DNA of 64,000 nucleotides, from assembly GCA_019056785.1 (NCBI GenBank), contig DXJV01000029.1, forward strand, positions 1-64,000, given 5' to 3'. This DNA comes from Candidatus Heimdallarchaeota archaeon. GTDB lineage: Archaea; Asgardarchaeota; Heimdallarchaeia; JABLTI01. Position numbers and translations under genes: made by a program. Positions within the stretch are counted from its first letter, which is position 1. The number at the start of each line of letters is the position of its first letter. The notes under the pieces were generated by a model that saw only the letters and a list, made by a program, of their open reading frames with translations, searched no databases and had not been told where the DNA came from. This document shows, one piece after another, positions 10,168 through 19,435 of the stretch.

Positions 10168-10578
10168 TTAGACGCGTCTTCCTCTTCGGCCGCCTTTTCG
10201 CCGTGTGCCATCATGTGCAATTGGTGTCACTTCTTCTATACGGCCAATGCGCAATCCAGAACGGGCGAGAGCACGAATGGCTGCTTGAGCACCGGGCCCA
10301 GGAGTTCTTGGACCATTTCCTCCGGGTGCGCGAACGGCGATGTCGATCTTTGTTATACCACGGTCCTTTGCAGCTGTTGCAGCATCATACGCTGCCCGCA
10401 TTGCTGCGTAAGGTGAGGACTCAAACCGGTCGCTCTTCACAAATTGCCCGCCTGAGCGTTTTGCTATTGTCTCGCTTCCGGTGGCATCTGTTACTGTGAT
10501 GATAGTATCATTATAGGACGAATAGATGTGGACAATACCTGTTCGTGTGTGTCGTCTTCTTTTGTCTCTTGAACTCAT
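10168..10578 (-). CDS. rps11: 30S ribosomal protein uS11
   Basis: [47 protein letters not shown]. Confidence 0.97.
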   Translation of the reverse strand: MSSRDKRRRHTRTGIVHIYSSYNDTIITVTDATGSETIAKRSGGQFVKSDRFESSPYAAMRAAYDAATAAKDRGITKIDIAVRAPGGNGPRTPGPGAQAAIRALARSGLRIGRIEEVTPIAHDGTRRKGGRRGRRV

Positions 10579-10602
10579 TTCTTTATCACCTTTTTTTTCA
10601 GT

Positions 10603-11316
10603 CTATCCCTCTAGTTTCTTTGAAACTTCTTCCACTTTTTCTTCGATATCTTCCTCGGGGATTTCGATTTCAACTGGAAGCGGGAGTTCTTCTTCTTCTA
10701 CCTCTATTATCTTTTCTTCTTTCTTCTTCGGCTTCTTTACCGGAGGCTTCGGTTTAGGTGGAGGAGCAGCTTTCTTCTCTTCCACTCTCTTTGTTTTATA
10801 AACGTTTGCGGGGAGGGCTTTATGAGAAGCTTTTAAGAAGGGAGAACCCGGAGCAAAGCGGATTTGGTTTTCTTCAGCAGGGGTTACAAAATAACTCGGA
10901 GAATTGACTATTTGATCACCTATTGCTATGTGCCTGTGAGCAATCATTTGCCGGGCATGATGGGGAGTTGTTGCCATGCCTTTTTTAAAGACAAGCGTTT
11001 GCAATCTCCGTTCCAAAAAATCTTCTACCTTTAAACTAAGAACATCATCCAAAGTCCCTTTCTTGGGGATTAACCCCATTCTCTGAAGTCTTCCTAAGAG
11101 CTCACGTTCACCCACTTTTTTGCTCTCTTCTTCAAGGCTTAGAAGCTTTCGAGCATTTGCACGAAAGTTTCTCAGCATAGTGGAATGTTTCCAAACCTCT
11201 TTCATATTTCGGAGCCCATATTTTCCAACTAATTGCAAGTCTCCTTCAATACGGTGCTTTTCAAATGGTTGTCGCGGTGTTTTGTATTTCTTTCGAATGC
11301 GTTTTGGATCACCCAT
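10603..11316 (-). CDS. rps4: 30S ribosomal protein uS4 with long C-terminal tail
   Basis: MGDPKR..KKY.TPR.PF, YGLRN..E.W, LERRLQT, ARQMI.HRHI. Confidence 0.96.
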   Translation of the reverse strand: MGDPKRIRKKYKTPRQPFEKHRIEGDLQLVGKYGLRNMKEVWKHSTMLRNFRANARKLLSLEEESKKVGERELLGRLQRMGLIPKKGTLDDVLSLKVEDFLERRLQTLVFKKGMATTPHHARQMIAHRHIAIGDQIVNSPSYFVTPAEENQIRFAPGSPFLKASHKALPANVYKTKRVEEKKAAPPPKPKPPVKKPKKKEEKIIEVEEEELPLPVEIEIPEEDIEEKVEEVSKKLEG

Positions 11317-11327
11317 GTCTTTTCACC

Positions 11328-11795
11328 TTACTTTAATTTCTTTCGGGAGACACCTAAGGAACGGCCGCCTCGACCGGTACTTTTTGTTCTTTGACCCCGT
11401 ACTTTGTGTCCGGCTGCATGTTTTATTCCACGGTAGGTTCGCAATTTCTTCAATCTGTCAATATCATTACGATCGTAAAGAGCTAATTGTGACTCAATAA
11501 TATGAATATCCTTACCACTGACACGTTCTTTTGTGTGATTTACAAACCAACTTGGGATACCAAATTTCACTGGTTCCTTTATTATTTCATCGATTTTCTT
11601 GATTTCTTCTTCCGTTAACAAACCAACATATTTGTCAGGGTGGATAGCAGCTTTTTTCAAGACAATATGTGCCATTCTGGGACCAATACCTCGAATCATG
11701 GTTAAACCATTGAAGACCTGCTTATCACCTCTAATGTCTTTCCCAGAAATTCGGACAAGATGCCTGAAATTTTCGAATTCATTTGACAAGTTCAA
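11328..11795 (-). CDS. rps13: 30S ribosomal protein uS13
   Basis: FRHLVRI.G.DI.G, I.GIG.R.A, IPSWF.N, YRG..H..G..VRGQRTKSTGR; TTG start. Confidence 0.96.
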   Translation of the reverse strand: MNLSNEFENFRHLVRISGKDIRGDKQVFNGLTMIRGIGPRMAHIVLKKAAIHPDKYVGLLTEEEIKKIDEIIKEPVKFGIPSWFVNHTKERVSGKDIHIIESQLALYDRNDIDRLKKLRTYRGIKHAAGHKVRGQRTKSTGRGGRSLGVSRKKLK

Positions 11796-12045
11796 ATACC
11801 TCTAAAGTTTTTGGTAAACTACTTTATTTTTGGGTTGTTTTTTAGCTCATCGAGTAGTTTAATACTATAAATCTTTTGGAGAGATTGTAAATCAACTGCT
11901 CTGATGTGCTTGAATGTTTTTTCTCTTATGTCTTTTGCGTTCAGCTGTCAAATATATATTTTACTACTCCTTTTTTCTTTGCTCTCAAAGGGAATTTTTT
12001 TCAGGTGACAGCATTGAACCCATTTTTTAACTCGAAAACTCACTT

Positions 12046-13182
12046 TTAGTCAGAAACAACAAACGGAAAATCTTCGACAATAAGGTTGTAAGCATCCTCA
12101 AAAACATCTACAAGCCCATCGAATTTTTTTATTTGTTCTATAAAAACTGCTTCAAATTCTCTGCTAAAGTCCTTCAAAGCAGCTCGCAAGACTGCTGAAT
12201 TCTTAACGGTAATAAGGGCATATAATGCTAGTGAAGTGTTTTCAAGAAGCAAGACTTTGTCCTCGAGGTTAATTATTTTTGGTGTTGAGCCACTAGAAAG
12301 TGTTTCTTGGAGAATATTTATCACACCGGACAAGGCACTGCTGATCATTGCACTATCAATTGTAAGAGCGGCGTTACTTTCTTCATTGAAATCATGAGTT
12401 AATAATGGTAAGCCATCTTTGTTTATCACAATTAATTTGTAAACTGCAATCGGTGCGAAATAGATGTGAATTGGTGAGCGCAAGTAGGCTCCTGCAACAA
12501 AAGTAAAGCCGATGACAACAAAGATGAGGTCCATATCTCCCAAGTTTTCCAAACCGGGAATAAGATTTAACAGATAGTTAAGTACGGTACCGCCAATTGC
12601 CGCTATAGCAAGGCCGGTTACGATTAATGCAATTTGGGTTTTTTGTTTCTTAAGAATCGCTTTGTGCAATCCTTGGACCATCATTTTAAGAATAAAGAAA
12701 TAAACCGTAGCAAGATAAAGCAAAAGTATAACATAAAAAACGTAATGTCCAAAACCGGCATTGTAACTGGTATTCCAACCTGTTAAGATATTATATTCCA
12801 CTTCTGCGAAGCCGCCAAACCAAAGGGCAGAAAAAGTAAAACCGGCCAAAAGCGAGACAAACACCGAGGGCAATGATAACGTAGAATAAAGCAGGAGGTC
12901 CCGGAAGTAAGCAATCATTAGCAAAGAAAGAATGAGAATTGAGAGAGAGGTGATTTTCCAGATTAATACAAAAGTAATGCTCGCAGTTGCAGGCAGTAAA
13001 AGACTCACTAATTTTGTTATCGCCCATAAGAGGATTCCTCCAAAAAACAAGCTCAAAAAAATTGTTGGTGGAAAACGATTCAAAAGATAATTCAAACTCA
13101 ACAAAATAAGAATTACTGCAGCAGTAATAATCGCGAGAATACTGGGGACTAATTGACCAATAGGGACAGCCATGCCTATCAC
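12046..13182 (-). CDS. Seven-TM membrane protein fused to a C-terminal longin-like domain
   Basis: Seven hydrophobic segments, then YKLIVINKDGLPLLTHDF...SAMISSALSG...LRAALKDFSREFE..F longin-type beta-beta-alpha-beta-beta-beta-alpha-alpha pattern. Confidence 0.7.
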   Translation of the reverse strand: MIGMAVPIGQLVPSILAIITAAVILILLSLNYLLNRFPPTIFLSLFFGGILLWAITKLVSLLLPATASITFVLIWKITSLSILILSLLMIAYFRDLLLYSTLSLPSVFVSLLAGFTFSALWFGGFAEVEYNILTGWNTSYNAGFGHYVFYVILLLYLATVYFFILKMMVQGLHKAILKKQKTQIALIVTGLAIAAIGGTVLNYLLNLIPGLENLGDMDLIFVVIGFTFVAGAYLRSPIHIYFAPIAVYKLIVINKDGLPLLTHDFNEESNAALTIDSAMISSALSGVINILQETLSSGSTPKIINLEDKVLLLENTSLALYALITVKNSAVLRAALKDFSREFEAVFIEQIKKFDGLVDVFEDAYNLIVEDFPFVVSD

Positions 13183-13256
13183 GAAACTTTTTTCTTGTGT
13201 TATACCTCTAGAAGAGACAAAATGCCTTAAAGATTTTGGCTAAAACAATTTTTTTA

Positions 13257-13301
13257 TGGCAACTGGTCACTTTTTGCCAGATTCTTCTTATAAAGTGACC
13301 A
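13257..13301. promoter_or_regulatory. Operator-like inverted repeats around a TATA box
   Basis: TGGTCACTTT (13264-13273) / AAAGTGACCA (13292-13301) perfect IR; TGGCAA/TTGCCA IR (13257-13262/13274-13279); TTATAAA at 13288-13294. Confidence 0.55.
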
Positions 13302-13343
13302 TTTAATAATAATACAATTAACTATTATAGGTGAAAATATAAT

Positions 13344-13667
13344 ATGGCTGAAGAGAAAGAAAAAAAAGTAATTCACATCGAGAAGAAAGATGACGAAATC
13401 CCTGTAGAAGATATCAAGGAACTTTTACAAGTAGTAAATAAAGAACTACCAGCTTTGATAAAAGGACTGTTTAGTTCTCTTTATGATGCTGAAACAGCAC
13501 AACAATACGCTAAAGGTATTGCAACGATCTATAAAGAGCTGAGCGAACAGGGCTTGCCAAAAGACATGATTGAAAAGTTAGTCATGAAATACTCTGATTC
13601 AATCAATATTATTGGCAACGCAATGAAAAACATCAAAATTGATAAAGAAAAAGAGGTTACAGACTAA
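13344..13667 (+). CDS. Hypothetical helical protein (107 aa)
   Basis: ATG preceded by AGGTGA; typical coding composition. Confidence 0.8.
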   Translation: MAEEKEKKVIHIEKKDDEIPVEDIKELLQVVNKELPALIKGLFSSLYDAETAQQYAKGIATIYKELSEQGLPKDMIEKLVMKYSDSINIIGNAMKNIKIDKEKEVTD

Positions 13668-13714
13668 AATTTTCCTTCGAATTTTTCCCTCTTTTATGCT
13701 GTGAGAATTGAACA

Positions 13715-14056
13715 ATGGCAAAACGAAAATTTGGACAAATTATCAACTTGACTTGCTATTCGCTCTGCATATGGCTTCCTTGGTTTTCAATTATTCTCAT
13801 CTTTTATATCAGCCCAAAAATGCTTTTCTTAGCAATAAAACGTGGGATCATTAAAAGAAGAATGCAACGAGATCTTATAAGAAACGGTTTACCAAAACCC
13901 CTTGCGAAGCAATTTGCGAAAAATTATCAAACTAAGTTCTTGAAAAGATATGGTAGTTTGAAAGGAATTTTCCAGATCATCAAAGAACAGAAGAAACGAA
14001 CTGAGCCAAAATCAATCAACTTTAATGAAAACACCCAAACAGAGCTTTCCTTGTAA
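13715..14056 (+). CDS. Hypothetical basic protein with one predicted TM segment (113 aa)
   Basis: Co-oriented between neighbours; shares a GLPK..(I/A)..(L/F) motif with the upstream protein. Confidence 0.65.
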   Translation: MAKRKFGQIINLTCYSLCIWLPWFSIILIFYISPKMLFLAIKRGIIKRRMQRDLIRNGLPKPLAKQFAKNYQTKFLKRYGSLKGIFQIIKEQKKRTEPKSINFNENTQTELSL

Positions 14057-14164
14057 TAAACTCGCCCGTGCGAGTACTCGTTTATTAAAATATAAAGGTT
14101 TAAATAAACAAAAATGTAATTCAATTATAGAAATTTGTAAAAACACCTTTGAGGAAAAAGAAAG

Positions 14165-14686
14165 ATGCCCCCTGAGAAAGATCAAGAAAGGTCTGGAAAA
14201 GACGAGCCAAAAGAAGAGAAAACAATTAATTTCGATGCCATCGTCAAGCTGAATGACAAATTGGACAAAACAATTGAGCGGATAGAGCGATTGGAAAAAA
14301 AGATCGAGTTGATGAGCCCTGAACTTGAAGATGCAACCGGCTCGCTCAATATGACCTTGGCAATTTTGCGAACCTTTCAAGAAGTGACTAATATTGCAAC
14401 AATTTTTTCTCCATCAAAATGGCTTATGAGGTTACGCCCGGACATCAATCTTAATGCTATTGAGAGGGTAATCGTCGATGTTCTTACTCGGGAAGGGCCA
14501 AAAAACATTTCCCAATTAACTGCTGCGGCTCGCATAGAACGTGGCTCAGCTTCACGGAGAATCATTCGTGAAAAGGTCAATGAAATGATAGAAGAAGGCA
14601 TCCTGGAAGAGGTTGACGGGGGAACCGGCCGTGTTATAAAAATGCGAATCGACATCAAAGAATTATCCAACGGACGGAAAGAATAA
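14165..14686 (+). CDS. Coiled-coil plus winged-helix putative transcription regulator
   Basis: N-terminal heptads (LNDKLDKTIERIERLEKKI); C-terminal IVDVL..EGPKNISQLT...SRRIIREKV..M.EEGIL wHTH. Confidence 0.75.
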   Translation: MPPEKDQERSGKDEPKEEKTINFDAIVKLNDKLDKTIERIERLEKKIELMSPELEDATGSLNMTLAILRTFQEVTNIATIFSPSKWLMRLRPDINLNAIERVIVDVLTREGPKNISQLTAAARIERGSASRRIIREKVNEMIEEGILEEVDGGTGRVIKMRIDIKELSNGRKE

Positions 14687-14692
14687 GGGCAA

Positions 14693-16609
14693 TCAACTAT
14701 TTAATTTTTCTTTCAATAACTTTTTTAATTTTTCATTAACAATCTGTCCATCGACTTTTCCCCGGACAATTTCCATAACGTCACCCATGAGTTTTCCAAA
14801 AGCATGTTCACCATTTTTTTCGATATACTCTTCATTAGCAGCCAGTACTTTTGAAATAATTTGTTCAACTTCTGTGGGCGTTAGTTGTTTCAAGCCTAAT
14901 GCTGTTACTGCCATCTCGAGAGTGTCTTTAGGGTGTTCTGCAAAGTATTTGAGCAAGGATTCAATTGCTTCTTTTGAGATTTTTCCTGCGTTTAGCAAAG
15001 TAAATATCCCGAGGATACATTCATCAGTTAAATTTGCGGTTTCCACACCTTCACGAGCGAGCGCTTTTATTATTTGTTCCAATGTAATAGCTGCGAGCAT
15101 TGGTTCTGTTCCATTTTTCACCAGTTTTTCAAAGAGCTCTACTTTTGGCGAGATTACTAATTTATAAGCAATTTCGTGAGGTAATTTTAATTCTGAGACA
15201 TATCGTTTTAGCCGGACATCAGGCAATTCAGGTAAATTGTCTTTGATTTTTTTCAAGTGTTTTTCTGAGAGTACAATGGGATAGCTATCAGTATCGGGAT
15301 ACAAGCGACTTGCACCGCCTAAATACCGGCGAAACATGGTGGTACCGTCTTCGAGGGCCTGCCTGGTTTCTTGTGGCACACCAGCAAATGCTTCTTTGAT
15401 TCTGAGAATGATTTCATCGAAAGCAGCCAGAACTGCAGCCTTTTGTCCTATTACAATTACAACAGCATCTTTTTCTGTACAATTGAAATGATTTTTCAAT
15501 TGTTCTACCTCTTGTTCAGAAATACCCAATTTTGGCAGCTCATCTGTGTGCAAAATCCCACCCAAACCGGTCATTACTTTCACGCGTTCTGCAAGTTCTT
15601 TCCCGAAGGTTCGTTCAAGCTGTATTTTCTTCCCCAATAAGCCGGCCAATCCTTCCAATTTTAAAGCATAAATTTTCCAACGCTTTTGTATGGCCTTTCG
15701 TAGAAACTCACTCTTTGTTTGCTTAAACAGAGCCAAACAATCTTTCCAAGTATCACTCTGAAACATTTCTGGTGTGAGCTTTCTTTTTGCTAGCTCTTCT
15801 TGCAATTCTAAAAGCGCAAGTTGTCGCTCTACTTCTAATTTTATGAAAAGAGGGAGCAGCTCGAGTTTTTGGACGCCTTTTATTTCTACTCGGGCACCTT
15901 TTGCAATGCTTATGTTCAAGTCTTGCCTGATAGTGCCAATACCCCTTTTTACTTTGCCGGTTGCCCGCAAAATCCGACCTATCGTCTCAGCTACAGAAGT
16001 TATCTCTTCTGGGCTTTGCAGTGAAAATGTCTTTGTTGTAATTTCCACAAGAGGGATACTTAAGCGATCCACCCGCCAAGTGATAGACCGGCCACTGCTT
16101 TTAATTTCTCGACAAGAATCTTCCTCAAGTGCCAGCATCTCGAGAGGGATGGTTTTCTCAGCTAGCTGTACTTGACCGTTGACACCAACAATCATTGTTC
16201 TTTGAAAACCGGAAGGGATAGAGCCATCAAGATATTGTTTCCGGTTAATCTGAAGCTCATCAAAAACATCCATATTTAATAGAAAGGCAATTTTTAGCGC
16301 CAAATCAATTGCGTCTGGGTCAGGTTTAAAGGGTGGGGTTTCATCAAGTTCATATGTACATACAGAGTCAGGGATTTCGTAAATGATCTTCTTTCTTTTT
16401 TTGAATTCTTGCAATGCTGCTTTGTCGTATTCTCCTAACTCAGATAGTGTTGGCCGCATAAAACGTATTATCGTCGCGAGAGTTTTTTTATCATTTAATT
16501 CAGGTTTACAGTAACAAAAGAGCTTTCTTTTTGTCTCTAATTGTTGATGAAGTTCTAAGCCACATTTCAAGCCAAGAGCACTATAATCATAGTCGTTGTT
16601 TTGAGCCAT
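14693..16609 (-). CDS. gatE: Glu-tRNA(Gln) amidotransferase subunit E
   Basis: GLKCGLELHQQL, RKQYLDGS..SGFQRT, LEEDS, RGIGTIRQD.NISI..G.RVEIKGVQ, RLYPDTD. Confidence 0.96.
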   Translation of the reverse strand: MAQNNDYDYSALGLKCGLELHQQLETKRKLFCYCKPELNDKKTLATIIRFMRPTLSELGEYDKAALQEFKKRKKIIYEIPDSVCTYELDETPPFKPDPDAIDLALKIAFLLNMDVFDELQINRKQYLDGSIPSGFQRTMIVGVNGQVQLAEKTIPLEMLALEEDSCREIKSSGRSITWRVDRLSIPLVEITTKTFSLQSPEEITSVAETIGRILRATGKVKRGIGTIRQDLNISIAKGARVEIKGVQKLELLPLFIKLEVERQLALLELQEELAKRKLTPEMFQSDTWKDCLALFKQTKSEFLRKAIQKRWKIYALKLEGLAGLLGKKIQLERTFGKELAERVKVMTGLGGILHTDELPKLGISEQEVEQLKNHFNCTEKDAVVIVIGQKAAVLAAFDEIILRIKEAFAGVPQETRQALEDGTTMFRRYLGGASRLYPDTDSYPIVLSEKHLKKIKDNLPELPDVRLKRYVSELKLPHEIAYKLVISPKVELFEKLVKNGTEPMLAAITLEQIIKALAREGVETANLTDECILGIFTLLNAGKISKEAIESLLKYFAEHPKDTLEMAVTALGLKQLTPTEVEQIISKVLAANEEYIEKNGEHAFGKLMGDVMEIVRGKVDGQIVNEKLKKLLKEKLNS

Positions 16610-16804
16610 CCTATTCTCTACCTTATATTCTATGTCTGAAAAGGAGATTATTAATCTTCTTCCAACGTCAATATTTTAAGAATGAGTCAAATAATTTTGA
16701 TAAAAACAACCGCCTTTAAATAAAAAACAACCTTACAAAAGCTTAAATTACCATAGTAACTTCAAACAACATATAAAATGATTTGACCAACTGAGAGGAT
16801 CGTC

Positions 16805-18169
16805 GTGTCAGAGGATGGCAATAAGGATTATTATGGTATAGCAGCAGTATGGTTAGATGCCCAAGATATCACCGTTTGGTCCAAAGTAACTCTTAAGACA
16901 AAGAAAGGGACATTTAAAGGAATACTTCTCCCGCGTGGGGGGCAAGGAGATGACAAACACCTTACTATCAAGCTATCAAATGGCTATAATATCGCGATAA
17001 ATCTGGATGATATTATTGAAATCAAAAAAACCGGACAAGCAAAGAGTGAATATAAAATTCCCGAAAAAAAGTTTCGACGCAATCCCAACAAACCAACTGT
17101 TGTTCTTTTAGGAACAGGGGGAACAGTCGCTTCACGATTAGATTATAATACCGGCGCAGTGATCCCGGCATTTTCCACTCAAGAATTATATAATGCCTTT
17201 CCTGAACTACGGGATTACTGCAATCTTGAAACCAAAAGCGTAATGCAAAAATTTAGTGAGAATATCGAACCTGCAGATTGGATTAAAATTGCCAATGAAA
17301 TCATGTCAATCATCGAAAATAACGACCCAGTTGGGATCGTAATTGCCCATGGAACCGACACACTCCATTATACAGCTGCAGCATTATCATTCATATTGAA
17401 AAATTTGGATCGACCAATTATTCTCGTTGGTTCACAGAGAAGTAGCGACCGGCCTTCAAGTGACACGGCAATAAATTTGCTTGGAAGTGTGAATGCTGCT
17501 GTAAATGTGGATATTGCTGAAGTCATGGTCTGTATGCATGCAACCTCAAGTGATACAGCTGTCTTTTTACACCGAGGAACGAGAGTAAGAAAAATGCATA
17601 CCAGCAGAAGAGATGCTTTTAAAACGATTGCTGCAAAACCCCTTGCAAGAATCGATGGGAAAAAAATCGCTTATCTTCAGAAGAATTACCAAAGAAGGGG
17701 ACAAGCGAAAGGAGCAATTACAGCAGATGCTAAATTTGAGCCAAAGGTTGCTTTGGTTTATTTCCATCCTGGTTTGGAACCTGAAATTATCGATTTTTAT
17801 GTGAATAAAAACTATCGAGGGATCGTTTTTGCAGGAACAGGATTAGGACATACAAGTCAAAGAGTTATCAATAGACTTGAAGTGGCAATTGACAATAATA
17901 TTCCAATCTTTATGACTTCACAATGCCTTTGGGGGCATACAAATCTAGCAGTCTATGAAACAGGAAGAAACTTACTCAAAAAGGGCGTTATTCCTTTAGG
18001 GAACATGTTACCCGAGGTTGCTTTAGTAAAAGCAATGTGGGTATTGGGGCATACAAACGAAATTCCTTTTGTAAGAGAGCTAATGCAAAAAAATCTCGCA
18101 GGTGAAATTATAATGCAAGAAAGAGTAGATGATTTTGTAATCAGACAGATGGGATTAAACGAGAAGTAA
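16805..18169 (+). CDS. gatD: Glu-tRNA(Gln) amidotransferase subunit D
   Basis: IKLSNGYNI, GTGGTVASRLDY.TGAV, HGTDT, GSQRSSDRPSSD, RKMHTSRRDAF. Confidence 0.96.
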   Translation: MSEDGNKDYYGIAAVWLDAQDITVWSKVTLKTKKGTFKGILLPRGGQGDDKHLTIKLSNGYNIAINLDDIIEIKKTGQAKSEYKIPEKKFRRNPNKPTVVLLGTGGTVASRLDYNTGAVIPAFSTQELYNAFPELRDYCNLETKSVMQKFSENIEPADWIKIANEIMSIIENNDPVGIVIAHGTDTLHYTAAALSFILKNLDRPIILVGSQRSSDRPSSDTAINLLGSVNAAVNVDIAEVMVCMHATSSDTAVFLHRGTRVRKMHTSRRDAFKTIAAKPLARIDGKKIAYLQKNYQRRGQAKGAITADAKFEPKVALVYFHPGLEPEIIDFYVNKNYRGIVFAGTGLGHTSQRVINRLEVAIDNNIPIFMTSQCLWGHTNLAVYETGRNLLKKGVIPLGNMLPEVALVKAMWVLGHTNEIPFVRELMQKNLAGEIIMQERVDDFVIRQMGLNEK

Positions 18170-18179
18170 AAAGGAATTT

Positions 18180-18671
18180 GTGGGAAGAAAACCGCTTAGC
18201 CAATATACCAGGAAAGTGATTGTAAATTTGACTTTAAATGAAGAAATTGTACAACAAATTGACCGTTCGCGTGAGAATTTACAAAAGGTATATGACGATT
18301 TACAAGTGGACAACTATAATGTGCATTACCATATTATATGGACCATTCGCGCTGAGATAGAGTATATTGTTGCGACTTTAAAATTATTAAACAATTTTGA
18401 TGATCAAATATTGGGGGAAAAATGGAAAAAGGAATTCGGAGAAAAATTGAAACAGGTACGTTCTGAGAGAACCATTCGACAAGCATTTTTGGAAACCTTG
18501 ACACTCTTTGATGAATTGGAAGGTATTGAAGATATCATTAATTTCTATAAAACTTGTTGGAAAATCAAAGAGAAATTAACTGTTCTTTTGAATGTTGTAA
18601 AACCCAAACACAAATTGCCGGAAAAAGCGACAACGCCAAGCAAAAAAAGGAACCAAAACGTAAAGCCGTAA
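18180..18671 (+). CDS. Hypothetical helical protein (163 aa)
   Basis: ORF immediately downstream of gatD. Confidence 0.65.
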   Translation: MGRKPLSQYTRKVIVNLTLNEEIVQQIDRSRENLQKVYDDLQVDNYNVHYHIIWTIRAEIEYIVATLKLLNNFDDQILGEKWKKEFGEKLKQVRSERTIRQAFLETLTLFDELEGIEDIINFYKTCWKIKEKLTVLLNVVKPKHKLPEKATTPSKKRNQNVKP

Positions 18672-18760
18672 AGCAAAGTCTTATTTTGCAGTAGCAGCAT
18701 TATTATAATAATAAAGTGTGGATTTAAATATCCCAACCTCTTTCAGAAAAAACCAATTAA

Positions 18761-19000
18761 TTGGTGAAACTAATGCCCCCAAGATGTCCGAGCTGTAAAA
18801 GTAAAATGGAGTATGAACCTCCAAATTATGTTTGCCCAGGATGTGGACTGGTTATAAATCGCTACGATTTCGACAAAGTAAAACGAGAGCATTTTCAAAA
18901 GAAAAAAACTGATGATGACCCATTTTATGAGAAGAAGAAGAAAAATCGTGACTATCTCGATTGGTATACTTCATCTGATAAAGAGAGTTATGAAGAATAA
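18761..19000 (+). CDS. Small Zn-ribbon protein
   Basis: CPSC-x13-CPGC with a charged tail ending DYLDWY. Confidence 0.75.
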   Translation: MVKLMPPRCPSCKSKMEYEPPNYVCPGCGLVINRYDFDKVKREHFQKKKTDDDPFYEKKKKNRDYLDWYTSSDKESYEE

Positions 19001-19128
19001 AGCAGCGAGTGAGCAATAAAAAGAAGTGAAAGATAACCAGAACAAAAAAGATCTTTGTAGAGGACACTAAATTCTACCGATTAGTGGTTTGTTTTAACAA
19101 GAATAACTTTGTGAAGTGATGAAGTAAT

Positions 19129-19416
19129 TTGACTGTTCGAGGAAATCATTTGCAATGTGACATGCGAGACACCTGTATTTCTTGTTCGATTTATACTTGG
19201 CCTCCCAAAATGAACAAACCAAAGAGCTACTATTTCTGCGAACATTGCAATATCGACATTTTATGTGAAAGAGGATTTTCAATTTCCTATGATTACTTCG
19301 ATGATGGGTTTGTCGATAAAAAAACCAGATGCATTAAATGCAACAGGCTTTTATTGAAAAAAACGTGGCCCATCATTCCAGAAAAACTCAAGAAAGAACT
19401 TTTAAAAATGAAATGA
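19129..19416 (+). CDS. Small Cys-rich putative Zn-finger protein
   Basis: C-x5-CISC, CEHC-x4-C, CIKC. Confidence 0.65.
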   Translation: MTVRGNHLQCDMRDTCISCSIYTWPPKMNKPKSYYFCEHCNIDILCERGFSISYDYFDDGFVDKKTRCIKCNRLLLKKTWPIIPEKLKKELLKMK

Positions 19417-19435
19417 CTCAAAGGGGAAAGGAGAA

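Noticed and set aside
10006-11805. Several + strand ORFs over the ribosomal protein genes
   Set aside because: Antisense to uS11/uS4/uS13; no recognisable motifs
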